From Tardiphaga sp. (GTDB lineage Bacteria; Pseudomonadota; Alphaproteobacteria; Rhizobiales; Xanthobacteraceae): 64,000 nucleotides of DNA. Under the pieces are notes generated by a model that saw nothing but the letters and a program-made list of their open reading frames with translations, was not told the DNA's origin and did no database searches. Positions 29,681 to 40,578 of this stretch are shown piece after piece (positions within the stretch are counted from its first letter, which is position 1; each line of letters begins with the position of its first letter). The position numbers and the translations under genes are program-made. The stretch lies in NCBI RefSeq assembly GCF_028290785.1, contig NZ_JAQGJD010000333.1:108-64107 (forward strand). The letters are read 5' to 3'.

Positions 29681-29944
29681 ATGATCAGGCAAATCGCTAT
29701 CATCGCCGTTGCTGCAGCGACCATCAGCAGCACCATTCCGGCCGGCGCCCAGGAAATCGGCGTTGGGGTCGGTCCGAACGGCGTGAGCGTCGGTGCGGTC
29801 GGCCGCGACCGTTACCGCGAACCGGACCGCGACTATCATCGTGATCGCCGCGACCGCAACGAGACGGTGATCATCCGTCGCGACCGCGACCGTGATCGCG
29901 ATTATGACCGGGACCGTCGTCCGGTCGTCATCGAGCGCGATTAA
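29681..29944 (+). CDS. Small secreted Arg/Asp-rich protein (87 aa)
   Basis: AGGGAG RBS, signal-peptide-like N-terminus (AGA|Q), RD low-complexity tail, terminator downstream. Confidence 0.8.
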   Translation: MIRQIAIIAVAAATISSTIPAGAQEIGVGVGPNGVSVGAVGRDRYREPDRDYHRDRRDRNETVIIRRDRDRDRDYDRDRRPVVIERD

Positions 29945-29961
29945 TCACTATCCAGCGGGCT

Positions 29962-29991
29962 AGCGGCCTTCCTGCGGGAGGGCCGCTTTTT
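29962..29991 (+). terminator. Rho-independent terminator
   Basis: AGCGGCCTTCCTGCGGGAGGGCCGCTTTTT. Confidence 0.8.
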
Positions 29992-30032
29992 CGTGCCTTT
30001 TTGTCTTCTTATTTGCCGGTTTAATATTGAGC

Positions 30033-31618
<1,586 letters not shown>

Positions 31619-31622
<4 letters not shown>

Positions 31623-31722
31623 GGTGGGCCAAGGCGCTCTCGCGCCGTTCCCACTATCTTTCGCGAGGAAGAACGGTGGGCTCGCGCCGACGCGTTTCAC
31701 GCCGGTGCTTCGCCCACCCTGC
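31619..31722. repeat. GTAG-type REP doublet overlapping the alpha-glucosidase stop codon
   Basis: GTAGGGTGGGC ... GCCCACCCTGC. Confidence 0.75.
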
Positions 31723-31725
31723 GAA

Positions 31726-33417
31726 CTATCCCGGATGCGCATCCTCCGCACCATCGATGTCGCTTCGGCGCAGCAGATAGTCGAGACCGCCGACGCGGTA
31801 CCACCGGTGCGCATAGGCTTCCAGCATCAAATGGTGCTTGCCGTTGTCGTCGGCATGGCTGTGATCTTCCGTCAGCAGGTTGATCAGGTGCTTGTCTTGG
31901 TCGGTCTTGAGACCGACCGCGAACGACACCTCGCATGGCTTTTCATCCAGATTGTGCACGAACAGCACCGAATTGTTGCGCCAGTCGTAACGCATCACCA
32001 GCACGGCCGGATTACGCGTGGCGATGATCGCAAAATCGCCCCAGCCGATCTCCGGCACTTCCTTGCGCATCCGGATCATGCGCTCGGTCCAGTTCAGCAT
32101 CGAGTTCGGATCGCGGCGTTGTTTCGCCACGTTGACGTGGTCGTAGCCGAAGGGGCCCTTGTCGATCACCGGATTTTTTGGCTTGTCGTGCTTGGTGAAG
32201 CCTGCATTCGGCTCGGTTGACCATTGCATCGGCGTGCGCGCGCAGTTGCGCTCGGGCAGAGCGAGATCATCGCCCATGGCGATCTCGTCGCCATAGCGCA
32301 GCACCGGCGTGCCCGGTAGCGTATACATAAGGCTGTAGGCCAGCTCCAACCGGCGCCGGTCGCCGCCCAACATCGGTGCTAGCCTGCGGCGGATGCCGCG
32401 GTCGTATAGCTGCATGGATTTGTCCGGGCCGAATTTCTCGAACACCGTTTGGCGTTGCTCTTCGGTGAGGCGGCCAAGGTCGAGTTCGTCGTGGTTGCGC
32501 AGGAACAACCCCCATTGCGCGGTCGCCGGTCGCGGCTTGGTCACCTTCAGTGCTGCGGCCAGGGTGCGCGCGTCGCCGGAGGCCAGCGCGTAGAACAGGT
32601 TCTGGTTGACGTGGAAGTTGAACATCATCTGCATGCGGTCGCCGTCGTCGCCGAAGTACTCCATGTCGGTCTCGGGCTCGACATTGGCTTCGGCAAGGAT
32701 GATGGCGTCGCCCTTGCGCCACTGCAGGAATTCGCGGAACGCGCGCAGCATGTCGTATTGCTCGACGGGCTTGTTGACCTTGGGACCCTTGGTGGCGATT
32801 ACAAACGGGACGGCGTCCATACGGAAGCCGGAGACGCCGAGCTGCAGCCAGAAGCCCATGATCTTGAGAATCTCGGCCTGCACATGCGGGTTCGAGGTGT
32901 TGAGGTCGGGCTGGAAATCATAGAAACGATGGAAGAACCACGCCTTGGCGTCCTTGTCGTGGGTCCAGGTCGATTTCTGCACGCCGGGAAACACCATGCC
33001 CTTGTTGGCATTGGCGGGCTTCTTGTCGGACCAGACGTACCAGTCGCGATGCTTCGAATCCGGTGAGCTCTTCGCGTCCTTGAACCAGGCGTGCTGGTCG
33101 GAGGTGTGATTGACGACCAGGTCGATGATGACGCGGATGCCGCGCTGGTGGCAGCCGTGGGTGAATTCGACGAAGTCGCCGAGCGTGCCGTAGCGCGGAT
33201 CGACGCCGTAGTAGTCAGAGATATCGTAGCCGTCGTCGCGGCCGGGCGAGGGCTGGAACGGCATCAGCCAGATCGCGGTGACGCCCAGGCCGTCGAGGTA
33301 ATCGAGCCGCCGCGTCAGCCCCTTGAAATCGCCGACGCCGTCGCCATCGGCATCCATGAAACTGCCCACGGAGAGGCAATAGAAGACGGCGTTCTTGTAC
33401 CAGAGGTCGTCGATCAT
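31726..33417 (-). CDS. GH13 trehalose synthase (TreS)-like protein
   Basis: DLWYKNAVFY, RDDGYDISD, GFRMDAVP, LAEAN, FLRNHDELDL, GIRRRLAPML. Confidence 0.88.
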   Translation of the reverse strand: MIDDLWYKNAVFYCLSVGSFMDADGDGVGDFKGLTRRLDYLDGLGVTAIWLMPFQPSPGRDDGYDISDYYGVDPRYGTLGDFVEFTHGCHQRGIRVIIDLVVNHTSDQHAWFKDAKSSPDSKHRDWYVWSDKKPANANKGMVFPGVQKSTWTHDKDAKAWFFHRFYDFQPDLNTSNPHVQAEILKIMGFWLQLGVSGFRMDAVPFVIATKGPKVNKPVEQYDMLRAFREFLQWRKGDAIILAEANVEPETDMEYFGDDGDRMQMMFNFHVNQNLFYALASGDARTLAAALKVTKPRPATAQWGLFLRNHDELDLGRLTEEQRQTVFEKFGPDKSMQLYDRGIRRRLAPMLGGDRRRLELAYSLMYTLPGTPVLRYGDEIAMGDDLALPERNCARTPMQWSTEPNAGFTKHDKPKNPVIDKGPFGYDHVNVAKQRRDPNSMLNWTERMIRMRKEVPEIGWGDFAIIATRNPAVLVMRYDWRNNSVLFVHNLDEKPCEVSFAVGLKTDQDKHLINLLTEDHSHADDNGKHHLMLEAYAHRWYRVGGLDYLLRRSDIDGAEDAHPG

Positions 33418-33451
33418 GCGCAGGCACCGGGTTGGGAGAACGGTGCGGATC

Positions 33452-33476
33452 AAGTCGCAGGGCGGGCAGGGGTTCC
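33452..33476 (-). promoter_or_regulatory. Putative sigma-EcfG promoter
   Basis: Minus strand GGAAC-CCCTGCCCGCCCTGCGAC-TT. Confidence 0.55.
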
Positions 33477-33499
33477 AAAACGTGAGGATCACTCCCGAC

Positions 33500-33650
33500 G
33501 TCGTCCCGGACAAGTGAGCGTAGCGAACGCAGATCCGGGACCCATACCCTCCGGTCCGCCGCCAAAGGCAGGCATTGGCTACAGAGTATCAAATATCGAC
33601 AGCGTGTATGGGTCCCGGCTTGCGCTCGCAAGCTCTCTTGCCGGGACGAC
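33500..33650. repeat. GTCGTCCCGG...GGGACCCATA/TATGGGTCCC...CCGGGACGAC palindromic element
   Basis: Same end motifs as the 13504 and 15787 elements, with longer arms. Confidence 0.8.
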
Positions 33651-33729
33651 ATGGAGGATATGTCTACAAAAAGTCGCCGCCGATTGCTCAGCGGCGACTG
33701 ATGATGCAGCTATCTCAGCAGCAAACTGC

Positions 33730-35328
33730 TCAGTCCACGCTGATAGTCGTCAGATCCTGAAACCAGTGCTGCGCCTGCACGAACTTCTTCACCTTTGGCG
33801 ACAGGGCGTGCGGGTTGGTGTCATGCACCACCCACACCAACACGGCGTCATCGACGATCAGCGAATGCGCCTGCGCCAGCAATTCATCCTGCTTGGCGGG
33901 GTCGAAGTTGTTCTTGGCCTCGTCGATCAGCGCATCGACCTTAGGGTTCTTATAGCCGCCCCAGTTGACTCCGACCGGCGCGACCTGGCGGGAGTCGAAG
34001 AAGCGGACGATGGCATACAGCGGATCGGAGGTGACGTAAGCGATGTTGTTGGCGGTGATGCCCTTCATGCTGTCGTCGGCCGCGCCCTTGCGCCACGCGG
34101 TGTACAGCACTTCGAGTTCGACGACCTTGAATTCGACATCGACGCCGATTTCCTTGAAGCTCTGCTGCAGGAATTCGTTCATCGGCAGGGACAGCATCTG
34201 GCCGGTGCCGCCATTGGCGATGATGAACGTCGCCTTCAGCGGCTTGTCCGGGCCGTAGCCGGCTTCCTTCACCAGTCTCTTGGCTTCGGCGAGATCGTAC
34301 TTGATCTTGAACTCCGGCTTGCCGAACCACGGGGAGGACGGATCGACCTGGCCGATGGCGGGCTTGGCGAGGCCGTTCATCAGGCCGACGACGGCATCGC
34401 GGTCGATGGCGAGGTTGAGGGCCTTGCGCAAGCGGACGTCGGTCCAGGGCGAACCCGGCAGCACGCTGAGATGATAATTCCAGACGTGCGGCGTCACGTT
34501 ATCGACGATCTTCATGCCTGCGCCCTTGAGTTGCGGCACGGCGTCCGGTGCGGGGGTCTCGATCAGATCGACCTGTCCGGCCAGCAGCGCGTTGGTGCGG
34601 GTCAGCGCTTCCGGCATCGGCACCAGAACCAGCTTGTCGACCTTGGCGATACGCTTCTTGTCCCAATAGTCGGGGTTCTTCGAGAGTTCGGCGAGTTCGC
34701 GCGGCACCAGTTTGGTCAGCTTGAACGGTCCCGTGCCGGAAGGCGTGGCAGCAAATTTATCCCAGTCCTTGCCGACTTTTTCATACTGCGCCGGGCTGGA
34801 GACCAGGAACCAGAGCATCTGGTAGGGGAAGAACGAATCGACGGCCTTGGTGGTGATCTCGACGGTGGAGTCGTCGATCTTGGCGTAGCTGGCGACCGAG
34901 GGCAGGCGGGTCTTGACCTGGGCGCTCTGGCGCTTGTCGAACTGCGGTGCCTTTTCGTTCAGCACCTTGTCGAGGTTCCACACCACGGCGTCGGCGTTGA
35001 AGTCGCTGCCGTCATGGAACTTGACGCCCTGGCGCAAAGTGAAACGCCACTTGGTCTTGTCGGCGGGATCGACCTTCCATTCGGTGGCAAGGCCCGGGAT
35101 CAGCTTGCCCGGGCGATCGGACACGTCCATCTCCCATGCGACGAGCGGATCGTAAATGGTATAGCCGGTGAACTGGTAGGCGCCGGCGCCGCGATCGGGC
35201 TGACCGGTGGTCAGCGGAATGTCCGCCATCGAGATGCCGTAGCGCACGACCGACTCGGCATGCGCCGGTGCCGCGGCACCCAGCACGGCGGCGATGGCCG
35301 CGACCAAAAATGAATTCCGAACGCGCAT
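33730..35328 (-). CDS. ABC substrate-binding protein, family 5 (DppA/OppA-like)
   Basis: Signal peptide, PGLATEW, FTLRQGVKFHDGS, GTGPFK. Confidence 0.93.
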   Translation of the reverse strand: MRVRNSFLVAAIAAVLGAAAPAHAESVVRYGISMADIPLTTGQPDRGAGAYQFTGYTIYDPLVAWEMDVSDRPGKLIPGLATEWKVDPADKTKWRFTLRQGVKFHDGSDFNADAVVWNLDKVLNEKAPQFDKRQSAQVKTRLPSVASYAKIDDSTVEITTKAVDSFFPYQMLWFLVSSPAQYEKVGKDWDKFAATPSGTGPFKLTKLVPRELAELSKNPDYWDKKRIAKVDKLVLVPMPEALTRTNALLAGQVDLIETPAPDAVPQLKGAGMKIVDNVTPHVWNYHLSVLPGSPWTDVRLRKALNLAIDRDAVVGLMNGLAKPAIGQVDPSSPWFGKPEFKIKYDLAEAKRLVKEAGYGPDKPLKATFIIANGGTGQMLSLPMNEFLQQSFKEIGVDVEFKVVELEVLYTAWRKGAADDSMKGITANNIAYVTSDPLYAIVRFFDSRQVAPVGVNWGGYKNPKVDALIDEAKNNFDPAKQDELLAQAHSLIVDDAVLVWVVHDTNPHALSPKVKKFVQAQHWFQDLTTISVD

Positions 35329-35370
35329 GAAACAGGGCTCCAGTGAGAGGGTCGAGAGTCGCCAAATACC

Positions 35371-35386
35371 TGCAAGCTTGATGCCA
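35371..35386 (-). promoter_or_regulatory. sigma54 -24/-12 promoter
   Basis: Minus strand TGGCATCAAGCTTGCA (GG-N10-GC). Confidence 0.8.
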
Positions 35387-35467
35387 CATTAGGCAGTTTG
35401 CGGCGCAATGTGTGCCATGCGGACGCTGTGCCGCAGGCCCGGTCATGGGCGCGCATATTGCAACCGG

Positions 35468-35483
35468 TGGCACAAGCGTTGCA
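35468..35483 (+). promoter_or_regulatory. sigma54 -24/-12 promoter
   Basis: TGGCACAAGCGTTGCA matches TGGCAC-N5-TTGCA. Confidence 0.85.
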
Positions 35484-35535
35484 TAAGAATTAGCCAGTTG
35501 AGCCGAGCCATTTCAATCCATAGGGACTGACACCG

Positions 35536-37203
35536 ATGCGTACCGAGAAGCCGACACAGAGCCGCCTGAAGACGGTGATCATGATGCTGACCATGGCGAC
35601 GGCGATTACGCTGCCCGGGGTCGTGCATGCAGAGACCGTCCTGCGCATCGGCATGACCGCTGCCGACATTCCGCGCACGCTCGGCCAGCCCGACCAAGGT
35701 TTCGAGGGCAATCGCTTCACCGGCAACACCATGTTCGACGGCCTGACCGGCTGGGACCTGTCGTCTGCCACCAAAGCGAGCGTCGTGATCCCTGCACTCG
35801 CCACCGAATGGAAGGTGGACGATGCCGACAAGAAGAAGTGGACGTTCAAGCTGCGTCCCGGCGTCACCTTCCACGACGGCTCGCCATTCAATGCGGACGC
35901 CGTGGTCTGGAACGTCGAGAAAGTGCTGAAGCAGGATGCCGTGCAGTTCGATGCCAGTCAGGTCGGCGTCACCGCCTCGCGCATGCCGACGCTGGTCTCG
36001 GCGAAGAAGATCGACGACATGACCGTCGAACTGATGACCAAGGAGCCGGACTCATTCCTGCCGATCAACCTCACCAACCTCTTTATGGTCAGCCCGACCA
36101 AGTGGCAGGCGTTCTTCGACAAAGCCGAAGGCGCCGACGCCAAGGCGAAGTCGCAGGCGGCATGGGCGGCGTTCGCCCGTGAACCCGCCGGCACCGGCCC
36201 GTGGAAGATGTCGAAGTTCACGCCGCGCGAGCGTCTCGAACTGGCGAAGAACGACAGCTACTGGAACAAGGACCGCATTCCCAAGGTCGACAAGTTGCTG
36301 CTGCTGCCGATGCCGGAAGCCAACGCCCGCACCGCGGCGCTGCTGTCCGGACAGGTCGACTGGATCGAGGCGCCCGCGCCCGACGCCGTCAAGGAAATCA
36401 CCGCCCGCGGTTTCAAGATCGAAAAGAACGAGCAGCCGCATGTGTGGCCGTGGCAGTTCTCCCGCGTCGAAGGCTCGCCGTGGAATGACATCCGCGTCCG
36501 CAAGGCCGCCAATCTGTGCATCGACCGTGAAGGCCTGCGCGATGGCCTGCTGGCCGGCCTGATGGTGCCGGCCTCCGGCACTTTCGAGCCCGGCCATCCC
36601 TGGCGCGGCAAGCCGACTTTCGAGATCAAATACGATCTGAAAGCGGCGCAGGCGCTGATGAAGGAAGCCGGCTTCGGCCCGACCAAGAAGCTGGAAGTAA
36701 AGACCCAGACCTCGGCGTCCGGCTCCGGCCAGATGCTGCCGCTGCCGATGAACGAATATCTGCAGCAGGCGCTGGCGGAGTGCTACTTCGACGTCAAGCT
36801 CGACGTCATCGAGTGGAACACGCTGTTCACCAACTGGCGCCGCGGCGTCAAGGATCCCTCGGCGAACGGCTCCAACGCCACCAACGTCACCTATGCGGCG
36901 ATGGATCCGTTCTTCGCGCTGGTGCGCTTCCTGCAGTCGTCGATGGCGCCGCCGGTGTCCAACAACTGGGGCTTCATCAACAACCCCAAGTTCGACGAGC
37001 TGGTGACCAAGGCCCGCACCACCTTCGATCCCGCGGCGCGTGACGAGGCCCTGGCCGAGTTGAACGCCGCCTCGATCGACGACGCCGCGTTCCTCTACGT
37101 CGCGCACGACGTCGGACCGCGCGCGCTGAGCCCGAAGATCAAGGGCTTCGTGCAGCCGAAGAGCTGGTTCGTCGACTTCTCGCCGGTATCGATGACGCCG
37201 TAG
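35536..37203 (+). CDS. ABC substrate-binding protein, family 5 (paralogue of 33730-35328)
   Basis: PALATEW, FKLRPGVTFHDGS, GTGPWK; shared GQPDxG and GQMLxLPMNE segments. Confidence 0.93.
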   Translation: MRTEKPTQSRLKTVIMMLTMATAITLPGVVHAETVLRIGMTAADIPRTLGQPDQGFEGNRFTGNTMFDGLTGWDLSSATKASVVIPALATEWKVDDADKKKWTFKLRPGVTFHDGSPFNADAVVWNVEKVLKQDAVQFDASQVGVTASRMPTLVSAKKIDDMTVELMTKEPDSFLPINLTNLFMVSPTKWQAFFDKAEGADAKAKSQAAWAAFAREPAGTGPWKMSKFTPRERLELAKNDSYWNKDRIPKVDKLLLLPMPEANARTAALLSGQVDWIEAPAPDAVKEITARGFKIEKNEQPHVWPWQFSRVEGSPWNDIRVRKAANLCIDREGLRDGLLAGLMVPASGTFEPGHPWRGKPTFEIKYDLKAAQALMKEAGFGPTKKLEVKTQTSASGSGQMLPLPMNEYLQQALAECYFDVKLDVIEWNTLFTNWRRGVKDPSANGSNATNVTYAAMDPFFALVRFLQSSMAPPVSNNWGFINNPKFDELVTKARTTFDPAARDEALAELNAASIDDAAFLYVAHDVGPRALSPKIKGFVQPKSWFVDFSPVSMTP

Positions 37204-37230
37204 TCGGATAACGCCGAAGCAGAACGCGCT

Positions 37231-37417
37231 TTCTTTTCCCTCCCCCCGCGAAGCGAAGCTTCGCACGGAGGGGAGGGTGGCGCGTTTGAGAGCGAAGCGA
37301 ACAAACGTGACGGGTGGGGGCGCTACATTCGCTGTAGACGATGCAGCACCACCCCCACCCGACCGGCCTGACGGCCGGCCACCCTCCCCACGCGAAGACG
37401 CGGGGGAGGGATAAGAA
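37231..37417. repeat. Mosaic palindromic element (CCCTCCCC...GGGGAGGG family)
   Basis: Terminal IR and central GGGTGGGGG/CCCCCACCC. Confidence 0.8.
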
Positions 37418-37451
37418 GCCCACGGCTTTGCCACTGAATCGAAGGTGACCT

Positions 37452-38405
37452 TTGTTCGTCTATATTGCGCGGCGTATCGTCTATGTGATCCCGATCGTCG
37501 TCAGCGTGGCGCTGGTGTGCTTCCTGCTGGTGCACATCACCCCCGGCGATCCGCTCGTCGCCATTCTCCCTGCTGACGCGTCGCAGGAGCTCGCGGCGCA
37601 ACTGCGGATCGCCTACGGCTTCGACCGGCCGCTGCCAGTGCAGTTCGGGCTTTGGTTGTGGCGCGCGCTGCACGGCGATCTCGGCAATTCCATTGCCACC
37701 GGCCGCCCGGTGCTCGCCGAAGTGCTGCGCGCGGTCGGTAACACCGTGACCCTGGCCATCGCCGCGGCTTCGATCGGCTTCACCCTCGGCCTGTTCTTCG
37801 GGCTGATCGCCGGCTATTTCCGCGACACCTGGGTCGATAAGGTCGCCACCTCGATTGCCATCGCCGGCGTCTCGGTGCCGCACTACTGGCTCGGCATGGT
37901 GCTGGTCATCATCTTCTCGGTGCAGCTCAACTGGCTGCCTGCGGTGGGCGCCGGTCCCGGCGGCTCCGGCTCGTGGGGCTGGGACTGGGAGCACATCAAA
38001 TATCTGGTGCTGCCGGCGATCACCACGTCGGTCATTCCGATGGGCATCATCACCCGCACGGTGCGCGCGCTGACCGGCGACATTCTTTCGCAGGATTTTG
38101 TCGAGGCGCTGCGCGCCAAGGGCCTGCGCGAAACCAAGGTGTTTCGTCACGTCATCAAGAACGCCGCGCCGACCGCATTGGCTGTCATGGGCCTGCAGCT
38201 CGGCTACATGCTGGGCGGCTCGATCCTGATCGAGACGGTGTTCTCCTGGCCGGGCTCCGGCCTGCTGTTGAACTCTGCGATCTTCCAGCGCGATCTGCCG
38301 CTGCTGCAGGGCACGATCCTGGTGCTGGCGCTGTTCTTCGTGTTCCTCAATCTCCTGGTCGATATCGCGCAGGCCGCGATCGATCCGCGCATCAAGCGGA
38401 GCTGA
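37452..38405 (+). CDS. ABC permease (DppB-like)
   Basis: ITPGDP, GDLGNS, EAA-loop FVEALRAKGL, ETVFSWPG, DPRIK. Confidence 0.93.
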   Translation: MFVYIARRIVYVIPIVVSVALVCFLLVHITPGDPLVAILPADASQELAAQLRIAYGFDRPLPVQFGLWLWRALHGDLGNSIATGRPVLAEVLRAVGNTVTLAIAAASIGFTLGLFFGLIAGYFRDTWVDKVATSIAIAGVSVPHYWLGMVLVIIFSVQLNWLPAVGAGPGGSGSWGWDWEHIKYLVLPAITTSVIPMGIITRTVRALTGDILSQDFVEALRAKGLRETKVFRHVIKNAAPTALAVMGLQLGYMLGGSILIETVFSWPGSGLLLNSAIFQRDLPLLQGTILVLALFFVFLNLLVDIAQAAIDPRIKRS

Positions 38406-38424
38406 CCATGCCGGACTTCACCTC

Positions 38425-39312
38425 ATGACCGCGATGACAGACACCGCCCTGCAGGCCGCCCCTGCGCACGCCGCGCGTGGCTACTGGGCCACCGTCGGCC
38501 GACGTATCGTCCGCGACAAGGTCAGCATGGCCTGCGCGTTGATCCTGCTGCTGATCCTGCTCGGCGCGCTGTTCGCGCCCTGGATCGGGTTGGCCGATCC
38601 CTATCAGGGCTCGATGATCCGCCGGCTGCGCCATATCGGCACGCCGAACTATCCGCTCGGCACCGACGAACTCGGCCGCGACATGCTGGCGCGACTGATC
38701 TATGGCGGCCGGCTGTCGCTGCTGATCGGCATTCTGCCGGTAATCCTGGCTTTCGTGATCGGCACCTCGCTCGGCCTCGTCGCCGGCTATGTCGGCGGCA
38801 AGATCAACACCGGCATCATGCGCACCGTCGATATCTTCTACGCCTTCCCCTCGGTGCTGTTGGCGATCGCCATCTCCGGCGCGCTCGGCGCGGGCATCGT
38901 CAATTCGATCGTGTCGCTGACCATCGTGTTCGTGCCGCAAATCACCCGCGTCGCCGAGAGCGTCACCACCGGCGTGCGCAACGCCGACTTCGTCGAGGCC
39001 GCGCGCGCCTCCGGCGCCGACGCCTTCACCATCATGCGCGTGCATATGCTCGGCAACGTGCTCGGTACCATCTTCGTCTATGCCACCGGTCTGATCTCGG
39101 TGTCGATGATTCTGGCTGCCGGCCTCTCGTTCCTCGGTCTCGGCACCAAGCCGCCGGAGCCGGAATGGGGCCTCATGCTGAACACGCTGCGCACCGCAAT
39201 CTACGTCAACCCCTGGGTCGCCGCGCTGCCCGGCGCGATGATCTTCGCGGTGTCGATCTGTTTCAACCTGTTGAGCGATGGCATGCGCAGCGCCATGGAC
39301 ATCCGGAACTGA
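38425..39312 (+). CDS. ABC permease (DppC-like)
   Basis: LGTDELGRD, FVEAARASGA, LSFLGLG..PPEPEWG. Confidence 0.93.
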   Translation: MTAMTDTALQAAPAHAARGYWATVGRRIVRDKVSMACALILLLILLGALFAPWIGLADPYQGSMIRRLRHIGTPNYPLGTDELGRDMLARLIYGGRLSLLIGILPVILAFVIGTSLGLVAGYVGGKINTGIMRTVDIFYAFPSVLLAIAISGALGAGIVNSIVSLTIVFVPQITRVAESVTTGVRNADFVEAARASGADAFTIMRVHMLGNVLGTIFVYATGLISVSMILAAGLSFLGLGTKPPEPEWGLMLNTLRTAIYVNPWVAALPGAMIFAVSICFNLLSDGMRSAMDIRN

Positions 39313-39316
39313 TGTC

Positions 39317-40384
39317 ATGACTGAAATCATCGAACCTATCGACAAGCTCGAGCCGCTGCCGGATATCGGCGGCGTCGCCCAGCCACTGCTGCAGGTGGAC
39401 GGCCTGACCAAGCATTTCCCGGTGCGCGGCGGGTTGTTCGCGAAGAGCAAGACGGTACGCGCCGTCGACAACGTGTCGTTCGCCATCGCCAAGGGCGAGA
39501 CCGTCGGCATCGTCGGCGAGTCCGGCTGCGGCAAGTCCACTACGGCACGGCTATTGATGCACCTGATGGAGCGCAATTCCGGCGACATCATCTATGATGG
39601 CCGCACGGTGGGCCGCGAGCTGTCTTTGCGCGAGTTGCGGCGCGGCATGCAGATGGTGTTTCAGGACAGCTACGCCTCGCTCAATCCGCGCCTGACCATC
39701 GAGGAGTCGATCGCGTTCGGGCCGAAGGTCCACGGCATGGCCGAGAATGCCTCGCGGGCTCTGGCGCGCGAGTTGCTCGGCAAGGTCGGGCTGCGGCCGG
39801 AAAATTTTGCCAACCGCTATCCGCACGAGATCTCCGGCGGCCAGCGCCAGCGCGTCAATATCGCTCGCGCGCTCGCGCTGTCGCCGCGTCTCGTCATTCT
39901 CGACGAAGCCGTGTCGGCGCTCGACAAGTCGGTCGAGGCGCAGGTGCTCAACCTGCTGGTCGATCTCAAGCGTGAATTCGGCCTGACCTATCTATTCATC
40001 AGCCACGACCTCAACGTGGTCCGTTACATCTCCGACCGCGTGCTGGTGATGTATCTCGGCGAGGTCGTCGAACTCGGCCCGGTCGATGATGTCTGGGACA
40101 AACCTGCGCATCCTTATACGCGGGCGCTGCTGGCGGCGATGCCGTCGTCGGATCCCGACAATCGCACGCAGGTGCCGCCGATCACCGGCGATCCGCCGAA
40201 CCCGATCGACCCGCCGTCGGGCTGCCGCTTCCACACCCGCTGCCCGTTCGTCGAAGCGGTCTGTTCGGGCGAAAGCCCAAAATTGTCTGATATCGACGCG
40301 GCCGGCCATCAGGTTGCCTGCTACATGTTCATCCCGGGCTCCGGCCACAGCAAAGCGCCACCGACAGGAGCCGTTGCCCCATGA
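39317..40384 (+). CDS. ABC ATP-binding protein (DppF-like)
   Basis: GESGCGKST, ISGGQRQR, HPYTRALL, GCRFHTRCP. Confidence 0.93.
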   Translation: MTEIIEPIDKLEPLPDIGGVAQPLLQVDGLTKHFPVRGGLFAKSKTVRAVDNVSFAIAKGETVGIVGESGCGKSTTARLLMHLMERNSGDIIYDGRTVGRELSLRELRRGMQMVFQDSYASLNPRLTIEESIAFGPKVHGMAENASRALARELLGKVGLRPENFANRYPHEISGGQRQRVNIARALALSPRLVILDEAVSALDKSVEAQVLNLLVDLKREFGLTYLFISHDLNVVRYISDRVLVMYLGEVVELGPVDDVWDKPAHPYTRALLAAMPSSDPDNRTQVPPITGDPPNPIDPPSGCRFHTRCPFVEAVCSGESPKLSDIDAAGHQVACYMFIPGSGHSKAPPTGAVAP

Positions 40385-40578
40385 CCCCGCCCACCGCCAA
40401 ACAGATCAAGGCCGTCACCGACGTTGCCGGTCTGCCGGTTGCCGATGACGTCGCCACGCGCATCGCCAATTCGATCGGGCCTGCCTTCGAAGGTTTCGTC
40501 GCCATTGCCGGCACCTTGCCGTTCGATCTGGAGCCCGCGACCTATCTCGTCGTGCAGAACTCGAAAGCTGCGAAATGA
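40381..40578 (+). CDS. 65-aa protein, putative amidase accessory subunit (GatC/AtzG-like)
   Basis: ATGA overlaps on both sides, AGGAG upstream, C-terminal LPFDLEPATY. Confidence 0.7.
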   Translation: MTPPTAKQIKAVTDVAGLPVADDVATRIANSIGPAFEGFVAIAGTLPFDLEPATYLVVQNSKAAK

